Under the pieces are notes generated by a model. It was given only the letters and a program-made list of their open reading frames with translations, was not told the origin of the DNA and did no database searches. Positions 8,291 to 17,361 of a stretch of 64,000 nt of DNA are shown here, one piece after another. The position numbers were made by a program, and so were the translations under genes. This DNA comes from Candidatus Nealsonbacteria bacterium (GTDB taxonomy: Bacteria; Patescibacteriota; Minisyncoccia; Minisyncoccales; RBG-13-36-15), in the NCBI GenBank assembly GCA_011050465.1, contig DRFQ01000001.1:37225-101224 (forward strand), in the 5' to 3' direction. Numbering within the stretch: the stretch's first letter is position 1; every line of letters starts with the position of its first letter.

Positions 8291-8311
8291 GTCGTCTAAC
8301 GGGTTTGAACC
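8291..8311. repeat. T-arm-like fragment J6 (GTCGTCTAACGGGTTTGAACC)
   Basis: Imperfect direct repeat of 7576-7600. The reverse complement reads GGTTCAAACCCGTTAGACGAC, which looks like a T-loop. Confidence 0.6.
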
Positions 8312-8322
8312 TCTCTAAAAAT

Positions 8323-9033
8323 TTACCTTATTTGGCAGATTCCAAAAAATGGAGAAATGGCTTTTTGGATTTCCAAAAGATATTTTTGAGGATAGGGTTT
8401 AACCTTGTCGAATTTAGGATTAATTGTTTTTTCTGGGCGAAAATTCTGTAAAAAATATTTCGGGGAATCCTGAATCCAACGAGCAATCTTTATAATATCT
8501 TCTTTTTTCAGAAGATTGGGAATAATAGTAGTTCGAAATTCAAAATTAATTTTATTCTCTTTTAAAATTATAATGCTTTTTTCAATGTTTTTAATGTTTA
8601 CTGCTTTTCCCGCAACTATTTTATATCTTTCTTTTGGTGCTTTAATATCCATGGCCACATAATCAATCAATTGTTTATCAATCAAACCTTTAAGCATCTT
8701 GGGGTTCGAGCCATTGGTGTCAAGCTTGACTAAATAACCTAACTTTTTAATTTTTTTTATAAAACTTGGCAAATCTTTATGGATAGTTGGCTCTCCACCG
8801 CAAATAACTACTCCTTCCAAGAGTCCTTTTCTTTCTTTCAAAAAACTAAAAAATTCTTTTTCTAGAATTTTGGGATGGTTTTTAATCTTTTCCGGCAAAA
8901 CAAGCTCTGAAGCATAACAGAAAGGACACCTGAAGTTACACCCGACAGTAAAAACCGTGCAAGATAGCTTGCACGGAAAATCTATCAAGGTTAATTTTTG
9001 TAAACCACCGATTAACAACTGGCAATTAGCCAT
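8323..9033 (-). CDS. nrdG: anaerobic ribonucleoside-triphosphate reductase activating protein (radical SAM)
   Basis: 236 aa with a CNFRCPFCY (CxxxCxxC) cluster motif and GGEPT. It lies directly downstream of nrdD. Confidence 0.85.
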   Translation of the reverse strand: MANCQLLIGGLQKLTLIDFPCKLSCTVFTVGCNFRCPFCYASELVLPEKIKNHPKILEKEFFSFLKERKGLLEGVVICGGEPTIHKDLPSFIKKIKKLGYLVKLDTNGSNPKMLKGLIDKQLIDYVAMDIKAPKERYKIVAGKAVNIKNIEKSIIILKENKINFEFRTTIIPNLLKKEDIIKIARWIQDSPKYFLQNFRPEKTINPKFDKVKPYPQKYLLEIQKAISPFFGICQIR

Positions 9034-9046
9034 TAGTGATGAGTGA

Positions 9047-11212
9047 TTAAAACGGAACCAGTTTCCTTTTGGCTAGCTCACCTTTAGCTAGCTCACTTTG
9101 ACTAATGGCTGGTTTAATTTTGAATTCTTTCCTTTGGTTAAATTCTTCTTGTTTGCCCTTGTTCCACTGCTTAACCGGCCTTAGATATCCAACAATTCGT
9201 GAGTAAACTTCACAAGGTTGTTTAATAATACATTGGGGGCAGTGAAAATGTTCTCCAGCTAAATACCCGTGAGCGGGACAAATTGAAAAGGTGGGAGTAA
9301 TAGTAATATAAGGTAAATAAAAATTATTAAAGGTTTTTTTAATCAATGCTTTAACAGTTTCAATATCAGAAATTCGTTCTCCTAAAAAGAGGTGCAAGAC
9401 CGTACCACCAGTATATTTTTTTTGAAGATTATCCTGAAGCTTCAGGGCCCCAAAAGCATCATCAGTATAATCTACGGGTAATTGTGAACTGTTGGTATAA
9501 TAAGGTACCTCTTTGGTTCCGGCAGTAATTATATCTGGATATTTTTCTTTATCTTTCAGGGCTAGTCTATAAGCAGTTGCTTCAGCGGGGGTGGCCTCAA
9601 GATTATACAAATTTACGCTGTCTTTCTGGTATTTCACTAATCTTTCTCTCATAAATTCTAAGATTTCGCTGGCAAATCTTAATCCCCGTCGGGACCCAAT
9701 GTTTTCTCCAATAAAATTAAGCAGGGCCTCGTTCATCCCAACTAAACCAATGGTTGAAAAGTGATTACCAAAATACTGGCCCCTCATTTTCTTCATTCCT
9801 TCCAGATAACGCTTAGAGTAAGGATAAAGTCCTTTTTCTACAAAATCCTCTAAAGTCTTCCTTTTGATATCTAAACTCTCTTTAGCCAAGTCCATCATCT
9901 TGCCTAATTTCTCGAAAAATTCTCTTTTAGTTTTGGAAAGATAGCCTATTCGGGGCAAATTTATCGTTACCACGCCTACTGATCCGGTTAGAGGATAAGA
10001 GCCGAAAAGCCCTCCCCCTCTCTGGTAAAGCTCTCTATTGTCAAGACGAAGCCGACAACACATACTCCTGGTATCTTCCGGTTTCATGTCTGAGCGAATA
10101 AAATTAGCAAAATAATTAATCCCATATTTAGCCGTAGCTTCCCACATCGGATTTAAATTAGGGTCTTGCCAATCAAAATCTTTGGTAATATTAATAGTAG
10201 GAATGGGGAAATGAAAGGGCCTTCCTCTGGCGTCTCCTTCTAACATTGTCTCGTAAAACGCTCTGTTGAAAACATCCATCTCTTCTTGAAACTCACCGTA
10301 AGTTTCCTTTTGGGACTTGCCGCCGATAATTACTGGCTGTTTAGCCAGGGTTGGGGAAGGTTTAATGTCTAAAGTTAAATTTGTAAAAGGACATTGGAAC
10401 CCTACCCGCGTGGGAATTGAACAATTAAACATAAACTCCTGAATTGATTGTTTGACTTCTCTGTAGGTTAGGCCGTCATATCTAATGAAGGGAGCTAACA
10501 AAGTATCAAAACTAGCAACAGCTACAGCTCCCGCGCATTCCCCCTGAAGCGTATAAAAGAAATTAACTAATTGTCCTAAAGCTGTTTGAAAATGCTTGGC
10601 CGGTTTGGATTCTGTTTTGCCGGTAACTCCGCCAAATCCCTTTATTAATAAATCATAAAGATCCCAACCCATGCAATATGGGCCCAAGGTATCTAAGTTG
10701 TGCAAATGGAAGTCGCCCGATTCGACAGCTTCTCTGATTTCTCTTGGATAGATTTTGTTTAACCAATATCTTTTAGTAATATTTGAAACCCCGTAATGAT
10801 TTAAGCCCTGTAAAGAATAAGCCATATTAGCATTTTCTTGAACCTGCCAGTCAATCTCTTCGATATATTTATCTAACATTTCTACCGATTCATCTACCAT
10901 TCCGACTGCTTCTCGAATTATTCTTCTCTGCTCTCGGTATAAAATATAGGCCTTGGCTGCCTCAACTAATCCCTCTAAAATTAAAATCTCCTCAACGATA
11001 TCCTGGACTTGTTCAACGTGAGGGATTTCTTCGGCTTTAAAGCGACGATTTAAAATTTGAACCATTTTATTAGAAACTCTTTTTGATTTCTTTCCGTCGC
11101 CCTGGCCGGTAGCAGTTATAGATTTAAAAATAGCATCCGTAATTTTTTTTTGCTCAAATTTTACAATTGTATCATCTCTTTTTTTAATTTTTGTAATTTT
11201 ATTGCGGAACAT
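9047..11212 (-). CDS. nrdD: anaerobic ribonucleoside-triphosphate reductase, class III, with N-terminal ATP-cone
   Basis: 721 aa. It has an ATP-cone-like N-terminus (VKFEQKKITDAIFK), a C-terminal Zn-ribbon CPAHG...CPQC, and the glycyl-radical region RIVGYLRPV. Confidence 0.95.
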   Translation of the reverse strand: MFRNKITKIKKRDDTIVKFEQKKITDAIFKSITATGQGDGKKSKRVSNKMVQILNRRFKAEEIPHVEQVQDIVEEILILEGLVEAAKAYILYREQRRIIREAVGMVDESVEMLDKYIEEIDWQVQENANMAYSLQGLNHYGVSNITKRYWLNKIYPREIREAVESGDFHLHNLDTLGPYCMGWDLYDLLIKGFGGVTGKTESKPAKHFQTALGQLVNFFYTLQGECAGAVAVASFDTLLAPFIRYDGLTYREVKQSIQEFMFNCSIPTRVGFQCPFTNLTLDIKPSPTLAKQPVIIGGKSQKETYGEFQEEMDVFNRAFYETMLEGDARGRPFHFPIPTINITKDFDWQDPNLNPMWEATAKYGINYFANFIRSDMKPEDTRSMCCRLRLDNRELYQRGGGLFGSYPLTGSVGVVTINLPRIGYLSKTKREFFEKLGKMMDLAKESLDIKRKTLEDFVEKGLYPYSKRYLEGMKKMRGQYFGNHFSTIGLVGMNEALLNFIGENIGSRRGLRFASEILEFMRERLVKYQKDSVNLYNLEATPAEATAYRLALKDKEKYPDIITAGTKEVPYYTNSSQLPVDYTDDAFGALKLQDNLQKKYTGGTVLHLFLGERISDIETVKALIKKTFNNFYLPYITITPTFSICPAHGYLAGEHFHCPQCIIKQPCEVYSRIVGYLRPVKQWNKGKQEEFNQRKEFKIKPAISQSELAKGELAKRKLVPF

Positions 11213-11253
11213 GGAAAAAAAATAAAAAAATACTTTAGAAATAAAGATTATTT

Positions 11254-11282
11254 CATTTTAAACCAATAAAAAAATTGGGTCA
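11254..11282 (-). promoter_or_regulatory. candidate sigma70-type promoter for nrdDG
   Basis: The minus strand reads TTGACC-17 nt-TAAAAT, about 40 nt upstream of the nrdD ATG. Confidence 0.35.
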
Positions 11283-11333
11283 AATCCTTTCTCAAGTCAA
11301 AGTCTGTGGATAACTTCGAGTAAAACGAGAACC

Positions 11334-11357
11334 GAGCACATAATACGTTATGTGCTC
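11334..11357 (-). terminator. perfect 10-bp hairpin between ftsZ and nrdD (terminator or operator)
   Basis: GAGCACATAA-(4 nt)-TTATGTGCTC. On the minus strand it is followed by GGTTCTCGTTTT, a weak U-tract. Confidence 0.4.
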
Positions 11358-11427
11358 AGTTTCGCTCCCCCGCCATCGATTAAACGAGGAAAAATTCATT
11401 AAAAGGCTAACTTAAGGGCGGGATCGT

Positions 11428-12360
11428 TCAAAATCCAGTAATAATGACCATTATTTTCACCTCTCCTTCGATTAAGTCTTTATTCTGAACTGCTCCAAAA
11501 ATTACCTTAGCTTCTGGATCAATAAAATCTCTGATCATCTGAGCGGCTGTGTTGACTTCGGTCATTGTTAAATCTTTTCCTCCGCTCACATTAAAAAGTA
11601 CCGCCTTTCCTTTTTTAAAAACGGTGTCGTCAAGCAAAGGCGAATGAAGAGCCAGATTAAGGGCCTTTTCGATTCTTTTCTCTCCGCTCGCTCTCCCCAC
11701 CCCCAATAGAGCAGGTCCCGCATTCTTCATGATAGATCTCAAATCAGCGAAATCAACATTAATAATTCCTGGCAAAGTAATTAAGTCAGAAATTCCTTGG
11801 ACAGCTTGTCTCAAAATTTCATCGCAAAACCAGAAGGCAGAAAAAACTGAAGTTGTGGGTTCTACTATTTTTAATATTCTGTCATTGGGAATAACCAAAA
11901 GAGTATCAACTTTGTTTCTTAAATTCTCCAGTCCTCTCTCTGCAATTTTCTTTCGAGGAATTCCTTCGAAAGAAAAAGGCTTTGTTACCACGGCCACTGT
12001 TAGAGCTCCGTCTTTCCTGGCAATATCGGCCACAACGGGAGCAGCTCCTGTTCCCACTCCTCCTCCCAGGCCACAAGTAACAAAAACCATATCTGCTCCT
12101 TTTAAAATTTCTCTGATCTCTTCTTTACTTTCTTGGGCGGCCATCTCTCCTATTTTGGGGTTCATGCCGGCTCCCAAACCTTTGGTGGTTATTTTTCCAA
12201 TCTGAAGTTTGAAATCTGCCCGAGCTTTCTCTAAGTCCTGAACGTCGGCATTAATAACAATTAAATCCACTCCTTGAATTTTGACAGCAGCCATCCGAGA
12301 GATAGCATTTAATCCTGATCCCCCTACTCCCACTACTTTAATTTTTGTTGTAGATTGCAT
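11428..12360 (-). CDS. ftsZ: cell division GTPase FtsZ (core only, no C-terminal linker or tail)
   Basis: 310 aa with GVGGSGLNA and GGGVGTGAAP tubulin signature motifs. It ends right after the globular core (...VIITGF*). Confidence 0.95.
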   Translation of the reverse strand: MQSTTKIKVVGVGGSGLNAISRMAAVKIQGVDLIVINADVQDLEKARADFKLQIGKITTKGLGAGMNPKIGEMAAQESKEEIREILKGADMVFVTCGLGGGVGTGAAPVVADIARKDGALTVAVVTKPFSFEGIPRKKIAERGLENLRNKVDTLLVIPNDRILKIVEPTTSVFSAFWFCDEILRQAVQGISDLITLPGIINVDFADLRSIMKNAGPALLGVGRASGEKRIEKALNLALHSPLLDDTVFKKGKAVLFNVSGGKDLTMTEVNTAAQMIRDFIDPEAKVIFGAVQNKDLIEGEVKIMVIITGF

Positions 12361-12463
12361 ATTTTTTGTTTTTATTGTTAACCTAAAAAATCAACTGTAC
12401 GGGAACTGTTCCCGGATATATTATTCGTGTAAATTCATGCCGAGATTAGTGTTTTATTGGTGG

Positions 12464-13669
12464 TTATGGAATAAAAATTTTAAATATTTTTTTAATTTTG
12501 GTGGTAAACTTTTCGCCAAAGACTGGCTGCTCTTGTTCAGAGTCTAATCCGCTCAAAACCAAACCAGCAACCAAAGCAAAAGAAGGATCTTGCTCCAGGC
12601 CTGCAATGCCTTTGGGATAACCAATCTTGCAGGACAGCTTTAGTTCTTTCTTGGCCATCTCTCCTATTTTGGGTAATTTCGCCCCTCCACCGGTTAAAAC
12701 AACACCTGCGGGAAGTTTACCTTGACGAGCAATTTTTTTAAGTTCTTTGTTGGTTAGGTCAAAAATTTCTGAAATCCTAGCTTCAATAATCTTTCCTAAC
12801 ATTTTTAGAGAAAAAACTAAAGGCTCTTCTTTGTGGATGTTTTTAATCTTTTCTTTCTTTTTTCCGCTATGAAGAAAACAAGAACCATACTCCAGTTTTA
12901 TTCTTTCAGCAGTATCTATGTCACACCTTAACCCAATGGCAATATCATTAGTAATATGGCCGGAGCCAATTGGAAAAATAGAGGCCTGAATCAGGTCTCC
13001 TTCTTCAAAAACAGCCAGGCTGGTTGTACCCGCCCCTATGTCCAAAAGAACAACTCCCAGTTCTTTCTGCCTGGGGGTCAGAACTGCTCTCGAGGAAGCC
13101 AAAGGAGAAACAAAAATATCTTGAATCTGAAGGCCGGCGTTTAGAACGGTATCAGTTAAATTCTTAATATAAGGAGAGAATCCACAAAGAGCTAAAATTT
13201 CTGCTTCCAGCCTTATGCCCTTCATCCCCAAGGGTTCTTTAATGCCTTTTTCTCCATCAATAATAAATTCTTTAACAATAGTATCTAAGACTTCTTTATT
13301 AGAGGGTAAAGAAAATGTCTGGGCAGCCTGAAGCACTCTATCAATATCTTCCGGAGAAATCTTCTGATCAGCCCTCGAAACAGCAATTACCCCCCGAGAA
13401 GGAGTAGAAAAAATGTGGCTACCACTAATATTTACAATAGCTGAATTAATTTTTTGCTCAAATGAATTCTGAAATTCTTCCAGGGCCGAACGAAGACTAT
13501 TAGAGGCTTGTTCAACATTAATTATTGTTCCTTTCCTAATGCCCTCTGACGGAAAACGAAAATATTTTAAAACTTCGGGCTCTGAATCGCCTTTTCTTTC
13601 TTCCACTACTAAAATCTTTATGTTTTCTGACCCGATATCAAGACCAGTGATGAATTTAGCCTTCAGCAT
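12464..13669 (-). CDS. ftsA: cell division protein FtsA
   Basis: 401 aa, actin-like ATPase (GLDIGSENIK, DIGAGTTS, LTGGGAKLP) with a C-terminal amphipathic helix KIKKIFKIF. Confidence 0.9.
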   Translation of the reverse strand: MLKAKFITGLDIGSENIKILVVEERKGDSEPEVLKYFRFPSEGIRKGTIINVEQASNSLRSALEEFQNSFEQKINSAIVNISGSHIFSTPSRGVIAVSRADQKISPEDIDRVLQAAQTFSLPSNKEVLDTIVKEFIIDGEKGIKEPLGMKGIRLEAEILALCGFSPYIKNLTDTVLNAGLQIQDIFVSPLASSRAVLTPRQKELGVVLLDIGAGTTSLAVFEEGDLIQASIFPIGSGHITNDIAIGLRCDIDTAERIKLEYGSCFLHSGKKKEKIKNIHKEEPLVFSLKMLGKIIEARISEIFDLTNKELKKIARQGKLPAGVVLTGGGAKLPKIGEMAKKELKLSCKIGYPKGIAGLEQDPSFALVAGLVLSGLDSEQEQPVFGEKFTTKIKKIFKIFIP

Positions 13670-13737
13670 ATAGATTAAAATTTAGAAATGAGAAACGAAA
13701 AACTATAATTAAAAATTTTGAACTTTATACTATAACC

Positions 13738-14280
13738 TTATGCTTTTACGCTTCTGCGCTTTTGGGAATTTGTGAGTTGGAAAAGATAACGCCTTTCTTT
13801 CTTTTGCATTTTCTTAGCCTTCTGTTCATCTTCTTCGTGGTCGTATCCTAAAAGATGTAAAATACCGTGAATTAAAACCTTTGTCAGTTCTCTTTTAAAT
13901 GCTGAACTGAACCCTGTTAGAGATTTGCTCTCTTTATGTTTCTTCCTTGCTTCTATGGTCCCTAATGGGGTAAATCTTCTGGCGTTTTTTTTAACCTCAT
14001 TTGGACAAATAACTATTTCACCCAAGTTCTGAATTCTTTTTCTTGGCCCTACTTGAAATTTTGTTCGTAAATCTTTCGGCTCTGAGAAAGATAAAACGTC
14101 AGTTACCCTATTTTTGCCTCGATATCTTTTATTGATTTCCTTTATTCTCGTGCGCCCCACGAAAACGATTGATAGTTCTACTTCGCCCTTTATCTTCGCC
14201 TCTTTTAGGGTTTTTTTGGCGATTCCCAATAGTAATTTTTTATCAAGGAAAACGGCAGTAAGATTATTAATCTCAATCAC
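13738..14280 (-). CDS. ybeY: rRNA maturation endoribonuclease YbeY (with internal insertion)
   Basis: 180 aa with the HGILHLLGYDH zinc motif. About 30 extra residues precede it. Confidence 0.85.
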   Translation of the reverse strand: MIEINNLTAVFLDKKLLLGIAKKTLKEAKIKGEVELSIVFVGRTRIKEINKRYRGKNRVTDVLSFSEPKDLRTKFQVGPRKRIQNLGEIVICPNEVKKNARRFTPLGTIEARKKHKESKSLTGFSSAFKRELTKVLIHGILHLLGYDHEEDEQKAKKMQKKERRYLFQLTNSQKRRSVKA

Positions 14281-14399
14281 AATATAAAAATATAGCCTTT
14301 TTAGATAATATCACAGATTTAAAAAACCAGAAATCCCCTCGAAATGGTGAAATTAGTAACTTAAGTTAACCCCCCAAAAAAAAGAAAACTTTCAATTTC

Positions 14400-14900
14400 C
14401 TACGGGGCAAGTAATTCTTTTACTATTTGACTGATAAGACTGCCCTCGGCCTTTCCTTTAACTTTGGGTATTAATTCTCCTATTACCTTGCCCATATCTT
14501 TTTGGCCGGAAGCCCCAATCCTATCAATGGTTTCTTTGGCTAATTTCTTGATTTCTTCTTTTGATAGCTGTTCTGGCAGATATTTTTTTAAAATCTCTAA
14601 TTCTTTCTGTTCTTTTTCTGCCAAGTCTTCTCTTTCGCCTTTTTGAAACCCTGCTATCGCTTCTTTTCTTTTCTTAGTCTCAGAAAAAACGGCTTCAATT
14701 ATCTCTTCTTCGGTCAGCTGGCTTTCTTTTTTTAGCTCTTCCTCATTTATCTCCTTCTTCTTTTTGGCTAATCTATTTCTTTTCTCTTTTTCTTTATTTA
14801 AAATCTCGGCTAAAAGCTGCCTCAAAACCGAAACTTCGGTTTCTTTCTTCTCTTTTAAATATTCTTTTAAATTAATTGTAATTTCTTCCTTGATAGACAT
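14400..14900 (-). CDS. GatB/YqeY domain protein
   Basis: 166 aa, Lys/Glu-rich, with the YqeY-like pattern ...VSVLRQLLAEI...GQKDMGKVIGEL. Confidence 0.75.
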   Translation of the reverse strand: MSIKEEITINLKEYLKEKKETEVSVLRQLLAEILNKEKEKRNRLAKKKKEINEEELKKESQLTEEEIIEAVFSETKKRKEAIAGFQKGEREDLAEKEQKELEILKKYLPEQLSKEEIKKLAKETIDRIGASGQKDMGKVIGELIPKVKGKAEGSLISQIVKELLAP

Positions 14901-14957
14901 ATACTGAAAATACGAATAATTTTAAGCGAGGTGGCGAGTACCACTTCTTGATCTTTT

Positions 14958-16169
14958 TTATTTAAAAATTATCTTAGTAAATCTTCGGGGACCAATTTGT
15001 AGAATTATCTCTTTTCTTGGGTCAATCTTTTCATAAATATTGTCAACTTTTTTTTGATTAATTTTAACTCCTCCCTGCTCGATTAATCTTTTGGCCTCGT
15101 TTTTGCTTTTTACTATATTTATCATCACCATCAATTGGGGCAGAAGAATTTCCCTTTTTCGAATCAAGATATATTCTGGTATTTTGCTGGGAAGTTTCTT
15201 CTTTTGAAAAACAGTTTTAAAATATTCTAAGGCCTCCGCGGCTTTTTTGCTTCCATGATAAGTCCTAACTATTTCAAAAGATAGCTTCGACTTAAGATCT
15301 CGAGGATTTATTTTTCTTTTCTTTAATTCTTTTTCGAACCTATCGATGGTTTTTGAATCAATATTGGTACAAAGCCGAAAATATTTTATCATCAAACTGT
15401 CGGGAATAGACATTATTTTCCCAAACATATCAGAGGGTTCATCGACCAAACTAACATAATTCCCCAAGCTCTTTGACATCTTCTCTTTGCCGTCAATTCC
15501 CTCTAACAAGGGCAATAAAAGGCAGCATTGAGGGGGCTGATTATAGGCTTTTTGAATATCTCTACCGACTAAAAGATTGAATTTTTGATCAGTCCCTCCA
15601 ATCTCGATATCGGCTTTTATTGCTACCGAATCATACCCCTGTAATAATGGGTATAAAAATTCATGGATAGCAATTTCAATCCCGCCCTTGTATCTTTTTT
15701 TAAAGTCTTCCCTTTCTAACATCCGGGAAACATTATAGCTGGCTGTCAATTTTATTATCTCTCTGAGAGCCATTTTCTCCAACCATTGGCTATTGAATAA
15801 TATCTTGGTTTTGGCAAGATTAAGGATTTTCGAAAACTGATCAATATAAGTCTTGGCGTTAGACAAAACTTTTTCTTTTGACAAAGAGGGTCTTGTCTTG
15901 GATTTTCCGCTTGGATCTCCTATTTGAGCGGTAAAATCACCGATAACAATCATAACCTTATGGCCCAACTGCTGGAATTGCTTTAACTTTCTCAAAGAAA
16001 CCGCCAGGCCTAAATGTAAATCAGGGGCTGTTGGATCAACCCCTAATTTTACCTTTAAAGGTTTTTTCCGTTTAAAAGAAAGAGTAAGTTTTTCCTTCAA
16101 GGCATTGGTCGGCAAAATTTCTACCACTCCTTCAGTTAAGATTTTCAACTGCCCAGAAATTGACTTCAT
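14958..16169 (-). CDS. tyrS: tyrosyl-tRNA synthetase
   Basis: 403 aa with a class I HIGH-like PDLHLGL, KMSKS, and a C-terminal S4 domain (SKNEAKRLIEQGGVKIN). Confidence 0.95.
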   Translation of the reverse strand: MKSISGQLKILTEGVVEILPTNALKEKLTLSFKRKKPLKVKLGVDPTAPDLHLGLAVSLRKLKQFQQLGHKVMIVIGDFTAQIGDPSGKSKTRPSLSKEKVLSNAKTYIDQFSKILNLAKTKILFNSQWLEKMALREIIKLTASYNVSRMLEREDFKKRYKGGIEIAIHEFLYPLLQGYDSVAIKADIEIGGTDQKFNLLVGRDIQKAYNQPPQCCLLLPLLEGIDGKEKMSKSLGNYVSLVDEPSDMFGKIMSIPDSLMIKYFRLCTNIDSKTIDRFEKELKKRKINPRDLKSKLSFEIVRTYHGSKKAAEALEYFKTVFQKKKLPSKIPEYILIRKREILLPQLMVMINIVKSKNEAKRLIEQGGVKINQKKVDNIYEKIDPRKEIILQIGPRRFTKIIFK

Positions 16170-16185
16170 AATTATTTTACATTAT

Positions 16186-16551
16186 TCAAGAAAGATACTC
16201 TGTGATTTTTTTAACCAAGGCTTGGGGAGTAAAATCAGTCTTCAATAAATAAGCTTTGACTCCCAGGCTCTCTGCTTCTTTTCTTGTCTTGGGTTCATCG
16301 TAATTAGAAAAAGCTATCACTGTAATCGATGAAATTTCTGGTTCTTGTTTTAATTTTCTTAAAAAGCTAATTCCGTTTTCTTTCGGTAATAAAATATCAA
16401 GCAAAATTAAATCTGGATTTTCTTTTTTGGCCAAATCTATTCCTTCTTCGGAGGTAGAGGCTAAAACAACCTGAAATCCCTCTTGAGAAAATCTATCTTG
16501 ATACATTTCAGCTAAAATTTTTTCGTCCTCTACAATAAGAATTTTTTTCAT
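16186..16551 (-). CDS. stand-alone response-regulator receiver domain
   Basis: 121 aa with MKKILIVEDE...DLILLDILLP...K in CheY-like spacing. Confidence 0.85.
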   Translation of the reverse strand: MKKILIVEDEKILAEMYQDRFSQEGFQVVLASTSEEGIDLAKKENPDLILLDILLPKENGISFLRKLKQEPEISSITVIAFSNYDEPKTRKEAESLGVKAYLLKTDFTPQALVKKITEYLS

Positions 16552-16587
16552 AGAAATAAATTGCTAAACTGTTACATTATTAAATTG

Positions 16588-16884
16588 TTATTTCTTGGCG
16601 ACAACTCTATTTTTAATTTTTACAAAGATGAAATAGATGAGGCAGGAAATAAGATAATAATAAGGTATGAGCAAGATAATCCCTATAGATACCATAACGA
16701 AGTCGTACAGCCCGCGTGTGGCGTAAAACCATCCTAGATCACCAGACCTTTCAAATAATATGAAGGGCAGGGCAAGCAATACGAAAAGATATGCGTAAAG
16801 CTTTTGGATTGTGGGTAAGGCGCCATCTTGAAATAAGAAATACCCAAATACGAAATTAACCAAAAATAGGCACGAAATAAGCAC
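16588..16884 (-). CDS. small membrane protein, hypothetical
   Basis: 98 aa with three hydrophobic helices. No homology recognised. Confidence 0.4.
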   Translation of the reverse strand: MLISCLFLVNFVFGYFLFQDGALPTIQKLYAYLFVLLALPFILFERSGDLGWFYATRGLYDFVMVSIGIILLIPYYYLISCLIYFIFVKIKNRVVAKK

Positions 16885-16960
16885 CTTTCACCAATTCGGT
16901 TTTAGAAATTCTTTAAGAAACTTAGCCATTTAGCAATGTAACAATTTAACAATTTAAGTC

Positions 16961-17182
16961 TTATCTGCCTAATTTCCCCAATTTTTTTAATTTTTCGTAT
17001 TTTTTCTTTAGTTCTTGCTTTCTTAAGGCGGCTGATTTTTTAGCGTAATGGCTTCTCTTGCGTTTTCGAAAACGAATCTCTCTTGCCCGAAGCAAAATCC
17101 CGCTTCCTCTAATGCTTTTTGAAAAACGGTGAATTAAACCCTGGCTGGTTTCTTTAAATTGACGTTTAACTTCAAGTGCCAT
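16961..17182 (-). CDS. rpsU: ribosomal protein bS21
   Basis: 73 aa, very basic. HRFSKSIRGSGILLRAREIRF parallels the RRFKRxxxKxGxLxExRxRExY pattern of bS21. Confidence 0.65.
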   Translation of the reverse strand: MALEVKRQFKETSQGLIHRFSKSIRGSGILLRAREIRFRKRKRSHYAKKSAALRKQELKKKYEKLKKLGKLGR

Positions 17183-17361
17183 AATAAATTTTAAATCCTA
17201 ATTTCTAATATCTAAATGCTAAACCCCATAGGTATAACTCGCTTCGCTCGTTAACTACGGGGCAGGCAATATCTAAATTTTGGAATTTGCTGCGCCCCGG
17301 ACTTAAATCCGAATGATTTATAGTTCTGGGGTTTCGGATTTCGAATTTCGAATTTCTTTAC

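Noticed and set aside
11334-11357. NrdR box
   Set aside because: The palindrome half-sites are spaced 4 nt further apart than the 16-bp NrdR consensus as I remember it, and only one copy is present whereas boxes usually come in pairs. It is kept only as a low-confidence hairpin/operator.
11729-12205. 158-aa plus-strand ORF inside ftsZ, and similar antisense ORFs (2559..2903, 4694..5031, 38828..39160, 55906..56283, 60080..60421 and others)
   Set aside because: Each lies entirely antisense to a confidently identified gene. They have low-complexity, odd compositions and no SD. They are shadow ORFs typical of AT-rich genomes.
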